NCBI RefSeq assembly: GCF_964204645.1
Contig: NC_134033.1
Span: 124,001-188,000 of the forward strand
From: Tubulanus polymorphus
Lineage: Eukaryota; Animalia; Nemertea
Direction: 5' to 3'
Length of the DNA stretch: 64,000 bases
Shown: positions 15,160-25,886 of the stretch, in pieces
Layout: every line of letters starts with the position of its first letter
How positions within the stretch are numbered: position 1 is the first letter of the stretch
Program-made: the position numbers and the translations under genes
The notes under the pieces: generated by a model
Told to the model about the DNA's origin: nothing
What the model saw: only the letters and a program-made list of their open reading frames with translations
Database searches by the model: none

Positions 15160-15230
15160 TCTGAATCTTTCAACCTATCTATTTGAATTCAGTTCAGTAC
15201 ACCCCGACTCATATCTATTTATAATCAGTT
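15160..15230. repeat. Degenerate terminal remnant of the 102-bp satellite
   Basis: TCTGAATCTTTCAACCTATCTATTTGAATTCAGTTCAGTACACCC... matches the monomer and then decays into unique sequence. Confidence 0.85.
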
Positions 15231-16014
15231 TCAACAGTTTATAACGAATTCAGTAGTGAATTTTGAAACTTCTTTAATTCAATCGTATTGACAACGAGAG
15301 GGTTGCGAAATTGGAGTAACTGACCCCGTAAAATTACAATACACAGAGACCTACCTACTTAGACTCGCCGTGAGAAAAATCAAACAGCACGAAACGACTT
15401 TGAAATGATGACTTAAAAGGTCGAGCCACATCCAACATTTATAATCTATAGAATAATAGTAATAAATTGTTGACTCTAATTCTGTTTTATGTAATGAATT
15501 TCTATGTTTGCAATAAAACACTGATGTTCAATGGTACGAAAACAACCGCTCCTATTACGAGATTAATATATGAAATTGAGAGGAGACCTCAAAATAACAA
15601 GGTGTGAATGATTTAAATATAATAGTTATTCAATAATTTGAATCATCAATTAAACTAAACTTCAACATTACAAACTGCGTCTTCTAAAAATATACGCGAG
15701 AAATATCGACATCAAAAACAGCGCGACCAAAATCAGTAAATTAATTCAACCAAATAAACCAGAAACCCAGGTACCACAGGAATAGGACCCGACCGGGTGG
15801 GGGGCGGGTGCTGTCTGAACCTGAAACCAGTTGTACGTAAGTAAATGTCATTTGTATTTTATAAGAAGTAGAGTTCAACAGTTCAACTCTTCATCTTAAT
15901 CAAATCACACTTAACTCACAAACTGTCAAACATTTTCAATCCAGTTCAATTGTAAATAAATGCAACTTTTATTGTTAAAAAGTTCCACTTGAAATTACAA
16001 CTGCATTTTATATC

Positions 16015-16701
16015 AACAGCTGAAATTATGTTCTAATTCACAGATTTATCAAATAACTATTCTAACCTAACCTATATATCCGGCCTACCTATTCGGGCTC
16101 GGGTTTAGGGGTTAGGGAGGGGGATACTGAAATAGAGACATGTTATACAGATCCCACCGGAGTTCTTCAGTCACTCTGTCATCATCATTCAACTTCAGGT
16201 TCAATCTTCTGTGACTAGGGGGTCTTGGTCTTCTAACTGAAATAGAACATACAGGCCGCACCTGAATCGGGCCACTCTGTTGTGTGCTGGGGGTGAAGAC
16301 ACGTCCTCTGTGGCCTAGTCTTCTGGGATCTTGTCTCAGCGATGACCCTGAAATTGTCATGTTTATTTCAAATAATTCATTTACATAATAGGCGTTGTCT
16401 AGTAAAGCAATAGATTTAAAAAACCGAAATTCTGAAAAAAAGAAAAACACCTGGAAATAGAATAGAGAGAAACCCTGGAAAAAAAAGAAGCATGAAATAC
16501 AGGATCCTGAAATTAAGATATTAAGCATCAAAATAAACAAACAGCTTCCTCCAACTGAGAACTCCCAGGACACCACGCATAGCACCCTAATTTCTTCACT
16601 TAAATTAACCCATTATATTTCCATGTAATACTATAACTTACTAACTCACCGAGTAAGTTCCTAATAACTAACTAAACCTATAAAACATAATTTCAGCTGT
16701 T
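16015..16701. mobile_element. Possible non-autonomous element bounded by a perfect 18-bp inverted repeat
   Basis: AACAGCTGAAATTATGTT (16015-16032) and AACATAATTTCAGCTGTT (16684-16701). No clear TSD. Confidence 0.35.
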
Positions 16702-18152
16702 AATGTTTTTTTAACTTACATTTTATCCAATCCTGCGTGTGTTATGTATGAATCCAATGATAATCTTTGAGTCAATTTGAATCCTTGTGTTTTTGATAAC
16801 GTGCCGAATAAATCTTGAATAAGAAGAAATTTAGTTTCCAGTAACAGTTCACAGTTTTTGAGAACAGGTCATATTAATCCTGAATTAGTTATATCGCGAT
16901 TCCATTCACAATCAATCCGTATATATGTGTTCACAAGATGTAGGTATGTTAAAATGTCTGATTTTTACTGTAGACATGACGTGCGAGCACCTCTAAGTCC
17001 GACAGTCATATGAATAATGTACACTTGACACCCAGATTTAATAATCTGTGCTGGACACAACGAACGACAAGAATGGTCGAACACAATGAAGCTTCATATT
17101 TCATATTATCTAACTATTGGGTCACTGGTCATAATCCATCTTCGCTCTATAAACTGCGCGGCTCTGCTGAAATCAATCCATTCTGAACTGCATGAAGTAT
17201 GTATCAGTATAAATCAGATACTATAGAAATATCTTATAGCAATTGATTTAACTTGAAATTTGAATTTTAATGATTAATTTATATTTTCATGAGGTTTCGG
17301 TGCCGCAACACCGGGTCCAGCCTCCAAAACATCCTCATCAATGATTCGACCCATAATTAGTCATACTCGTCGGTGATTGGATACAAAGTTAGTCATACTC
17401 GTCGGTTTAGCTAAACTGGTACAAAATATGAATATCTAAACTGGATGAAACCGTTTGAACGCGCATCACGTAGGCATTTGTATCGTATTGTCCGAGAACA
17501 ATAAACAATGACATTTGACACATTTCACGAGACGATAAATCATCTTCTTTACATCGTAAACTCAATGCAGGTCACTATACGCAAATCATTAACAATACAA
17601 TATCAATATCATCTCAAACTAGACCGTTTTAATACTGAATGTATCTGTGTATGATTTTGTGACAGGTTCCTGCGTGATGAACTAATGCAACACCGCTATC
17701 GTAGCTTTATTAGTTGAAAATCATTTAACTTGAATTTATTTCGAATGTCCCATTTAACCAAAGTATAAACTTAAGTGCCTTTAAGATTGTTAAATCGTGC
17801 GATTAGTCCGAAAAAAATATCGTTTTCAAAAATCATGGTCATTTTAGATCAGTACCTTAATATGTGTGACAAATTTGTCGATCATCCAACTTAGAACTAG
17901 TCAAACCCTGGAAAACATAACGCAGTCTACAAATTGTCTCATTTTGTCATAACTGATTCATACTGAAATGAGTGAAACTAGTTCTGCAATCTGCTATCTA
18001 CCCCTGATACCAGTACAAATCCCTACTGCCCTCGACTTTTCTTTATATCAAGAATCAAACTAGTATACTGAGTTACTGTAAGAGCTGACCAGTGATTATC
18101 AGCAAAATGAGACGTAGTTGATAATAGAGCGCGACCTCAAACACAGCTTAAT

Positions 18153-18228
18153 TACCCCGCCCTGTGTCTCTAATGCGGCACCGCTCTCTTACCCCGCCCT
18201 GTGTCTCTAATGCGGCACCGCTCTCTTA
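18153..18228. repeat. 37-bp tandem duplication
   Basis: TTACCCCGCCCTGTGTCTCTAATGCGGCACCGCTCTC occurs twice in tandem. Confidence 0.9.
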
Positions 18229-20039
18229 CTGAGTCTCTCTCAAAATATTCCTCAGTTTAATTCCTAATATTTTATTTATGTAAATTCAACTCGTATAAAC
18301 TATAAAACCGACATAAAAACACAGTTCATCATCGTAACGCAGTTTGTTGTTTTACTGTTACGTAATTTGTATCAGTCAACTAGACACCCAGATTAATGAG
18401 GATGACTGAGGTTTTTTAAAGAGAAATATCGCGCAGAATTTATGCATAAAGCACTATATTGATTGTTGGGTCAAATTAAGTCCAGTCGCGAGTAAATTTA
18501 AGTTGCATTTTGTAACGAGCAAAGTTTAACCTTTACCTTACTTTCTAAATATAGTTCAAGAAAAACATATCCCTAAAGTATAAAACAATAGATCCGTCGT
18601 TGATACAAAAAAAACTTACTTACACAACTGCAACTTTTTCTCAGATTCCGACGTGTATCCAGTGATTATTTAAGTTCATCCAATCCTACGTTTTAAAGTA
18701 AATTTAATTCCGTGTCCAGTCTTAGAATTTTCATGAAATCCATTCACAAAATGGCAATATTTTCATCAAATTTCGATTGAAAATATTCAATTTTTTCACT
18801 CGAAAACCTCCTCTATAACATCTTCTCCGTATTGTATTCCTTTGAGAGTGAAATCCAATCAGAATAGCGAAAGATGCCGCACGATTCGACTGATATTTCG
18901 ATTTATTAATGAAATCGAATTTCCCGGCGCCTGCGACAAGCCCAGACACGCTCCACAGTACGTGGCCGCTGATTGGCTAATCGATCTCAATTGGGGGATA
19001 TCGTCTATTGCTAGTGCACGGGATATTTCAATTGTGGCGTGTTCTATTGTGTTGTTACAATAGGGGGATGAGCTATTGCGACAGCGGGATGCGGGATGGG
19101 CACTTGTTACGTTATCTCTTGAAATATCGAGCCAGGGGTAGTTTCAGCCTTGATACTTTACTGAGTGAGGTGTAAGGGGTGTTTATAAAGGTTTATGGTA
19201 GTTTTTTTATGATATTCCAGAACCGGAACTTGAAGACGCCGACTACCCTCTCACTGGGCGAGTCTATGTTTGTAGAGAGACGGCGTCGTACACGAGACGA
19301 TGTGACATAAAAACTGACTGAAGAAATCATATGGAGGGCATATAATTGTCTCGATAAACTATCGGGCGACGAACGTCCAGCGAACAGGTTCGTAGAGACT
19401 CCTTCGATACGATTAGGCGCTTAATACTGGTCTCATGAGATACTGTTTACATCTACGTCACTTTGAATGATAAATCGGGACTTGGGGTCAAAGTTACTGA
19501 CTGGTCAAAACACGTCAACTTGAACCAGGTAGCAACTGGATTTTTGGAGGTTTTAGTAATATATATAGTAATATTTGAGATGTGGGACCATTCATTCATT
19601 ATGAACCGGGGTTCTCCGTCTCAAACCTCTCAACCCCCCCTCGGTGTGGTCTGATAATAACTTTTAAAGTAAAAATGCAGATATCTTTTCTTAATCTATT
19701 TATAGACCGACTCTGAAGAAGAGGAGAACACAAATAAAAGTTTTCATCATCATCATCATCATCTGCGCGGTCTGAAGTATCTAGAGGTCACCAAGACTCA
19801 ACACCCTTTCATATCATTCGAGGTTAATTTTATATTTCTATGAAATATTTTGCTCAAATAAATTCATTTTGTTTTCATATCAATGAAAATAAGTGTAGTT
19901 ATTCATTTCAGTATGAAATTTGGCTGTTTTGAGGAATTCCTATTTTTCCAGACATCGGATTCAGGATTTCACATTGCCATCACCATGACAACGCACCAAT
20001 CAAAACAAACAACAATCGTTCAGAAATGAAGCCCTGTAG

Positions 20040-20246
20040 GGCTAAACAAAAATTGATACCTTGTTTCCCCGCAGCGGCCGGGTCATTTTTGTAAAATATG
20101 ACAAAATTTGTAATCAGTTCATTTCTACAGCTGCTGGGTCTGTTATGGTAAAATTGGTCACGATTTTTAAAAAATAGTAATGTATAAGGTAGATAGGCGG
20201 GTCAACTTATTAGCTCGAAGAAACAAGGTATCATTTTTTTTTAGCC
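20040..20246. mobile_element. 207-bp MITE (PIF/Harbinger/Tourist-like termini) present only in unit 1
   Basis: 28-bp TIRs GGCTAAACAAAAATTGATACCTTGTTTC / GAAACAAGGTATCATTTTTTTTTTAGCC with a 3-bp TSD TAG. The other units show the empty site CCCTGTAGATTC. Confidence 0.88.
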
Positions 20247-20811
20247 TAGATTCTCAAATTTGGTTTCAAGTTTCTTTATTTTGGTCGAGTAGATTCTGAT
20301 TGATGTAAACTTTACCAGACACTGGTATTATCAAATTCATCTCTGTACTAATAGGATACCTAATTCGTGAAAGGGTTTGAACAGTCACTCAATCAAAACA
20401 AAAAGTTCAGACTCAACTTGAGAAATATTTTGTGTTTATCTAAAATAAATTTCACGTTTTTTTATAATCAAGATATAAATTTCTAAATTTCCAATAGATG
20501 GCGTCTGTGATATACAGTTCAATCCAATAATTTGGTAGCTCAGCAAAATTCCAATAGATGGTGATCATGTCAGTCGTAGTAAATATTTGAAGTATATGAG
20601 ACACCCTGGTTTATCATCTGATCAGAATTACTGGGTTCGAACCTGGGACATCCCTACAAATCCTCTAATCAGCATGAAACATCACAGTCATTTAGAATCA
20701 ATAATTCATTCATTTGACGCGCAGTCAATTTCAGGTTAAGACGTGTCGCAGGTTTCAGTTATTGAGATCCTCCTCCATTAGACTGAAAATAAATCAAACA
20801 ACATTCATTAT

Positions 20812-21403
20812 AACATCATTAGAGCAATTCACAAAAATTATATCAAATATTCGATATAAATAAGAGTAACTAAACGAACCTGATCTAAACATCACCTTCT
20901 TTTGAGTAGAATAAACAAAACTCTAGCGTTACGCCTACATCTGAAATAATACAAAACACTGAAAATCATTATTTCTGCATTGGATACTATATTGAAAACC
21001 AGATTCAACAAGATTCAAAATGCTTTTAGTGCCAAGAATTTTCAGTGTTACAATCTTTCCATACAAGACTTCACGGTAAATTGATCAATGTATCTTCTAG
21101 TTCTTGGATTCAGACTGAATGTGGGGAAAACTTTATGAATTTATTCCCACACCGTCTGAAATAAGAGATTTCACATCGAAATTTTCAGCGTGTTCGTTGC
21201 TCAGCTGCAGGTGAATCGCAACATTCAAACATGTTTGATATTTCCACAGTAAATTTCATCGCAGCAAAATTTTTGTTTAGTCCCAAACACAGTAAATTGA
21301 GCCGCAATCTTTGACAAGCTTTCAAATCATGACAGCATCAATGATTTGAGAACGGCGCTGAAAACCTGCTTGGATTTTGGTTAACTCGGTTTTAAAACAC
21401 CAC
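20812..21403. repeat. ~590-bp direct repeat flanking the RNF19 cassette (left copy)
   Basis: AACATCATTAGAGCAATTCAC...AAAACACCAC recurs at 23527-24106, and likewise in every unit. Confidence 0.9.
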
Positions 21404-21670
21404 AGTTTTTAACTTCGAAACTGTTTCTACAAATCTACTGTGGGTTTTTATTCATCGACTAGAAGTGTTGCAAAGCCGTGCATATCACAGCAGTTTGTGT
21501 CAGTTGCGATCGAAAGCAACTGTTGGCCTACCCTAGGCCAGAGTAGAACACGGGCAACTAGCCCGATACGGCTTGCGACGAGTCGGTAGGCGTCGGGTTG
21601 CCGTCGCAAGCCGGCTTATGTCGAACAGATACAGCAGCAACTGGAGATTGTAGTCGGGAAAATCTCTTAC

Positions 21671-23456
21671 CTGTTTTGGAATCCCCTCGGTCCGGCAACG
21701 GCACTTCCCGATAAACTACCGTCCAAACTGGAGCCAGCAATCGCTCTGTTACTGGCCGATTAGCGATCGCTCTCATCGCGGATTATCCCGACTCGGTCGA
21801 TGTGGCTTCCGCTAGCGCTAAGACTGCCAGTCATAGCCATAGACATCTCACCGATACTAGGTCCGATACTGGGGTTCGCTACCTGGTGACTGGTCGTTTC
21901 TATACTGTGAGAATCAGCTACAACAAATATAAACATTCACTCATACTAGTACTGAATTAACTTAAATGACGTCATAGGGCGATTTATATAGCAGCCACAC
22001 CAGACAACATGGCTTTATCAGTTAATCCCCCTATGACATCATCAAATTATCTTTCTCTTTCTGGCAAGTCTATATAAAACGTAGAAAAGTTGGCCACCTC
22101 CAATAAATCCGCATATGACATCATCAAATTATCCCTTCAGAATCCTAGAAAGACAGCTGATTCCGGACCCTGCGCTATATGAAAAGTATGGTTTAAGTAC
22201 TTACGGGCGTAAGGCCCCGATGGGCCACTTCCTTCGTTCTCTTCGAACTCAAATCAAACTCCGCCCGGAGTTAGTCGTCGATACGCCGCAACCACCGCTG
22301 CGACACAGCGATATCGGTACCACGCCGTAAACATACGCCAATAATATCGGTACACTGATACCAACGGCTAAACTAGCGACAACTGGCGCTACGATAACAG
22401 ACGCAGTTACACCACCGGCTATTACCATATTCCTCTTGTGATGTGGTAGGTGACCGTAACGTGTGTGTAACTGAAACACAAGATAAACACATGAGAAATA
22501 GCATTTTTCATAGTAAAATTTACAATAAAAATCTAGCGCGTGGTGGATTTAGGTTCCAATCTCTGTTTCTGACTAGCGCCATCAAGCGAGTAATTTCAGA
22601 ACTTGAATTTGTCGATATCCTGTATTTCACCCGATAAGCCTTATCATATGTCCTTGTCATTACAGTTAAATGACAGTAACCACTTGATACAGTTTATGCG
22701 CAGTGTTTAGAACTAGGATTTTGACAAAAAATGATTTATTACTTCTAAGTGTTGGTTATTCAACGTCAATCTGTGAATTCAATTCGAATACAGTCTATAT
22801 TCAATCCCAGTTTTTGGCTATATTCAATTATTGAAAAACTGGGATTGGGATGGACTGGTATTGACTTTGTATTGAGTTTTACAGTTGTGTGGGTTTAATT
22901 TCAACATGAAAGGACATTTCAAATGACATAATAAATAATATCTGTAATGAGGCATTCAATGAATGAACACTTTGAATCCCAGTTCATCTGTTTGGGTTAA
23001 ATTCCTTTAGTTCAAAAATTTCCTCAAATTGAAAAACTGTAGTCAGAAAGCTGACCTACCACACATATTAAGCTATCATTTTATGTCTCACGTGGTCACC
23101 CTGTGTGATAGGCCTCACGTATAAAAGACTTTCAGTTATGTGTCCATGCGTATATGTTCTCGGAATTCAGACCAAAAATGACCTTTTGGGCACGAGGCCC
23201 TTGTGACTCGTGTGGAAATATAATAATGATCACTAAATTGAGATTCTCACAGACAGACGGCAGATGGATTCCTAATATTAGTCGATAATTTACCTTGCGT
23301 CCGACCCAGACGGGAATCCCTATGATCATCGCGGGAACTGCGATTCCAGCAACGAGTCCGATACCGACCGGAGCGCCAACTAACGTGACAAGTTGCCACA
23401 ATATCTTCTTCATTCGGCTCCATGGCTTTTTATCCCAGAAAGTGCAGCCAGACGGA
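21671..23456 (-). pseudogene. RNF19: RNF19A/B (Dorfin-like RBR E3 ligase) partial gene copy 1: exons 23294-23456, 22205-22470, 21671-21917
   Basis: Translations [55 protein letters not shown] / [50 protein letters not shown] / NPSIG..MTGSLSASGSHIDRVG match the RNF19 post-RING2 TM and C-terminal region. Introns are GT-AG. A frameshift near 22265 gives TGA at 22249-22251; in-frame TAA at 21760-21762. RING/IBR exons are absent. Confidence 0.92.
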
Positions 23457-23526
23457 CTGAAAATCAACATAATCGACTAAATTATTACTCAATTTCTAAG
23501 GACTTATAAACCTTTATCATCGATTA

Positions 23527-24106
23527 AACATCATTAGAACAATTCACAATCAAATCAAATTAAATCATATCAAATATTCGATATAAATAAGAGTAACTAA
23601 ACAAACCTGATCTAAACATCACCTTCTTTTGAGTAGAATAAACAAAACTCTAGCGTTACGCCTACATCTGAAATAATACAAAACACTGAATATCATTATT
23701 TCTTCATCAGATAAAAAATGAAAACAAATTCAACAAGATTCAAAATGCTTTTAGTGCCAAGAATTTTCAGTGTTACAATTTTTTTTTCATACAAGACTTA
23801 ACGGTAAATTGGTTCAGACTTAGAGCAGGGAACACTATATGAATTTATTCCCACACCGTCTGAAATTACAGATTTCACAATGAAATTTGCAGCGTGTTCG
23901 TTGCTCAGCTGCAGGTGAATCGCAACATTCAAACATGTTTGATATTTCCACAGTAAATTTCATCGCAGCGAAATTTTGCAAAGTCCCAAACACAGTAAAT
24001 TGAGCCGCAATCTTTGACAAGCTTTCAAATCATGATGGCATCAATGATTTGAGAACGGCACTGAAAACCTGCTTGGATTTTGGTAAACTCGATTTTGAAA
24101 CACCAC
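23527..24106. repeat. ~580-bp direct repeat flanking the RNF19 cassette (right copy)
   Basis: Near-identical to 20812-21403. Shortened by ~200 bp in units 2, 3 and 5. Confidence 0.9.
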
Positions 24107-24357
24107 TGAAACTGGTTTCTAGAGGTTTGTGATTAGGGCCTGAGATATATCTACCTGAATTGAGGGATCACTTGTTCACTTCATCGCCGAACAGTTATTC
24201 CTTGAACTTCCTGATGACTGCAGTTAATTAGTAGAGCATCACCCTGAAATAAACATAGAAACCAGTCAGAGAAAGCACTCTTAAATCCAGGGTATCCGCG
24301 GAGTCAAATGCTCCATCTGTATTGATAGTAATAGTTTAGGCCTCGATCCACTCTTTA

Positions 24358-24701
24358 CAGGAGCGGAGCACGTGCTCCTGTCGCAAATTCTGAGTGCCCT
24401 GTTTGAAAAAAGTGCGTAAAAAATTTTTCATTCTATAAAGTTCATTATCACATTGTTTCCATATTAATGAATTCCCATCTCTTAAAGAATTGTTGCAGAA
24501 TGTCATTTTTGTGTCTCAGGTGCCTGGAAATTGCATCAAAATGGGTTGAAATTCAAAAATTTTCTGGGGGAGGTCCGCCAGACCCCCCCGCGAATGCTTC
24601 GCGCCTTCGACGCTCGCCTGTCATGGATAGTGCCATTTCTTTAGATTGCCCTTTTTTTAATTCTGTGCAGCTGTCATTGTCTGCCTCTAGATCTGCCCCT
24701 G
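24358..24701. mobile_element. CAGGGGCGG-type MITE (unit 1)
   Basis: Termini CAGGAGCGGA...TAGATCTGCCCCTG with an internal AAAATTTTCTGGGGGAGG..CCCCCC motif. Lies in a ~440-bp block absent from units 2, 3 and 5. Confidence 0.65.
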
Positions 24702-25596
24702 CTTTATATTATTGATACTTTTTACTGAATGATGGTTTCACAGCACGCATCAGTGAATAGAGATTGCTGCTGCTCGTGGGGTTAAACCGGAGTGTTTTAT
24801 GTCGCTCTCCATCTCGAATCACCTTCATACATCACGAGTATTCGATTCATAAGTAAATTTACTTACTGTATTTCAATGTTGAAATGGTTTGAAGACATTC
24901 TGTCGCTTCTGTGTTGAAAGAGAAGCTTCTAAATATTTCAAGTGAAAATTGGGATTGATTCGTCCGCCATCATTCTTAAATGGGACATACTCCACACTGA
25001 GGAGGGCTAGTTCTGTAGACCGCGCAGATCGAGGTCGACTAGGACTCAGCGGCAAGAGCGCTCCGGGCACCAACGAAAGAGTTCACGGTAGTGCCCGCGG
25101 TAGACTTATCATGCCGCTCTGAATTGATAGTTGCGGGAAATAATACCACGAAATTAGAAATTTGTAGCGATTTCCGTGCAATAGTTGAACAGATGAATGT
25201 CCTACTAAAATCCTGCAACAAATTGGCATCAATCTGAACGGGATAAATACGTCCGGACACAAACACCGACGATTGACTGGGTGTAAAACGGGACTTCCCG
25301 GTTGGAGTAAACCTCTAACAGGTGGTGCTCCGGTAGATTTTGTGAAACAGCTGATGACATTTTCATGATCTTTAGACGAGTTTGATCGCCGTTTTACCGT
25401 CGTGGAATGGCACCTATTGTGAAAACTGATTAGGTGTGAAGTGATGCAATGACATTCAGTTGAAGTCAAACGACGAGAAGGGCTCCGAGACTGATGTGGA
25501 CTTTACGAGAGGAATAAACTATTTTTGAGAAGGTATCAAGATGGATCTGGCACAGAGCCAAAGCCGGCAAACTGACTTATGAATTCTATTTCTGTG

Positions 25597-25668
25597 TTGT
25601 TGATAATCTCGCGAGACAAGCGCTAATATTGTATAAATCTAGTTTCGTTCTCGCGAGATTATCAACAA
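25597..25668. promoter_or_regulatory. 20-bp perfect inverted repeat, each arm containing the palindrome TCTCGCGAGA (copies at 30898-30969, 36235-36306, 42150-42221)
   Basis: TTGTTGATAATCTCGCGAGA ... TCTCGCGAGATTATCAACAA, ~630 bp upstream of the - strand ATGGCGG exon. The regulatory role is inferred. Confidence 0.4.
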
Positions 25669-25852
25669 TCCGGAAATAAAGTGCAACCTGATTTAGAAGG
25701 CCCGCCCAGCCTGGGGGCGCAAACCCTATTGATATTGATGAAAGCAAAATACTTGACTGTTTTTAGAGTAAAAATACAGATATCTTTTCTTCATCTATTT
25801 ATAGACTGATTCTGAAGAAGAGGAGAACACAAATAACAGTTTTCATCATCAC

Positions 25853-25886
<34 letters not shown>

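Larger units (their letters stand above)
20700..24990 (-). ncRNA. Putative spliced non-coding/chimeric transcription unit hosting the RNF19 exons (unit 1; repeated in each unit). Outer ends approximate.
   Basis: Canonical splice signals on the - strand: exon 1 with ATGGCGGACGAA (24970) and donor GTAAGT after 24867; exon 24155-24243 (tttatttcag|...|gtaga); 45-nt exon 23623-23667 (tatttcag|...|gtgat) and its duplicate 20896-20940; terminal acceptor tttattttcag| at 20782. Only short ORFs. Confidence 0.45.

Noticed and set aside
16112-16585. 157-aa ORF
   Set aside because: Non-ATG start, low-complexity Phe-rich stretch from A-tracts, and no recognisable homology.
20812-24106. Direct repeats as LTRs of a TRIM/LTR element
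   Set aside because: No TG...CA termini, PBS, PPT or TSD seen, and the internal fragment retains introns.
23668-24866. Intronic snoRNAs in the non-coding host unit
   Set aside because: No convincing C/D box pair with terminal stem, or H/ACA layout, found by eye. A snoscan or Infernal run would be needed to exclude them.
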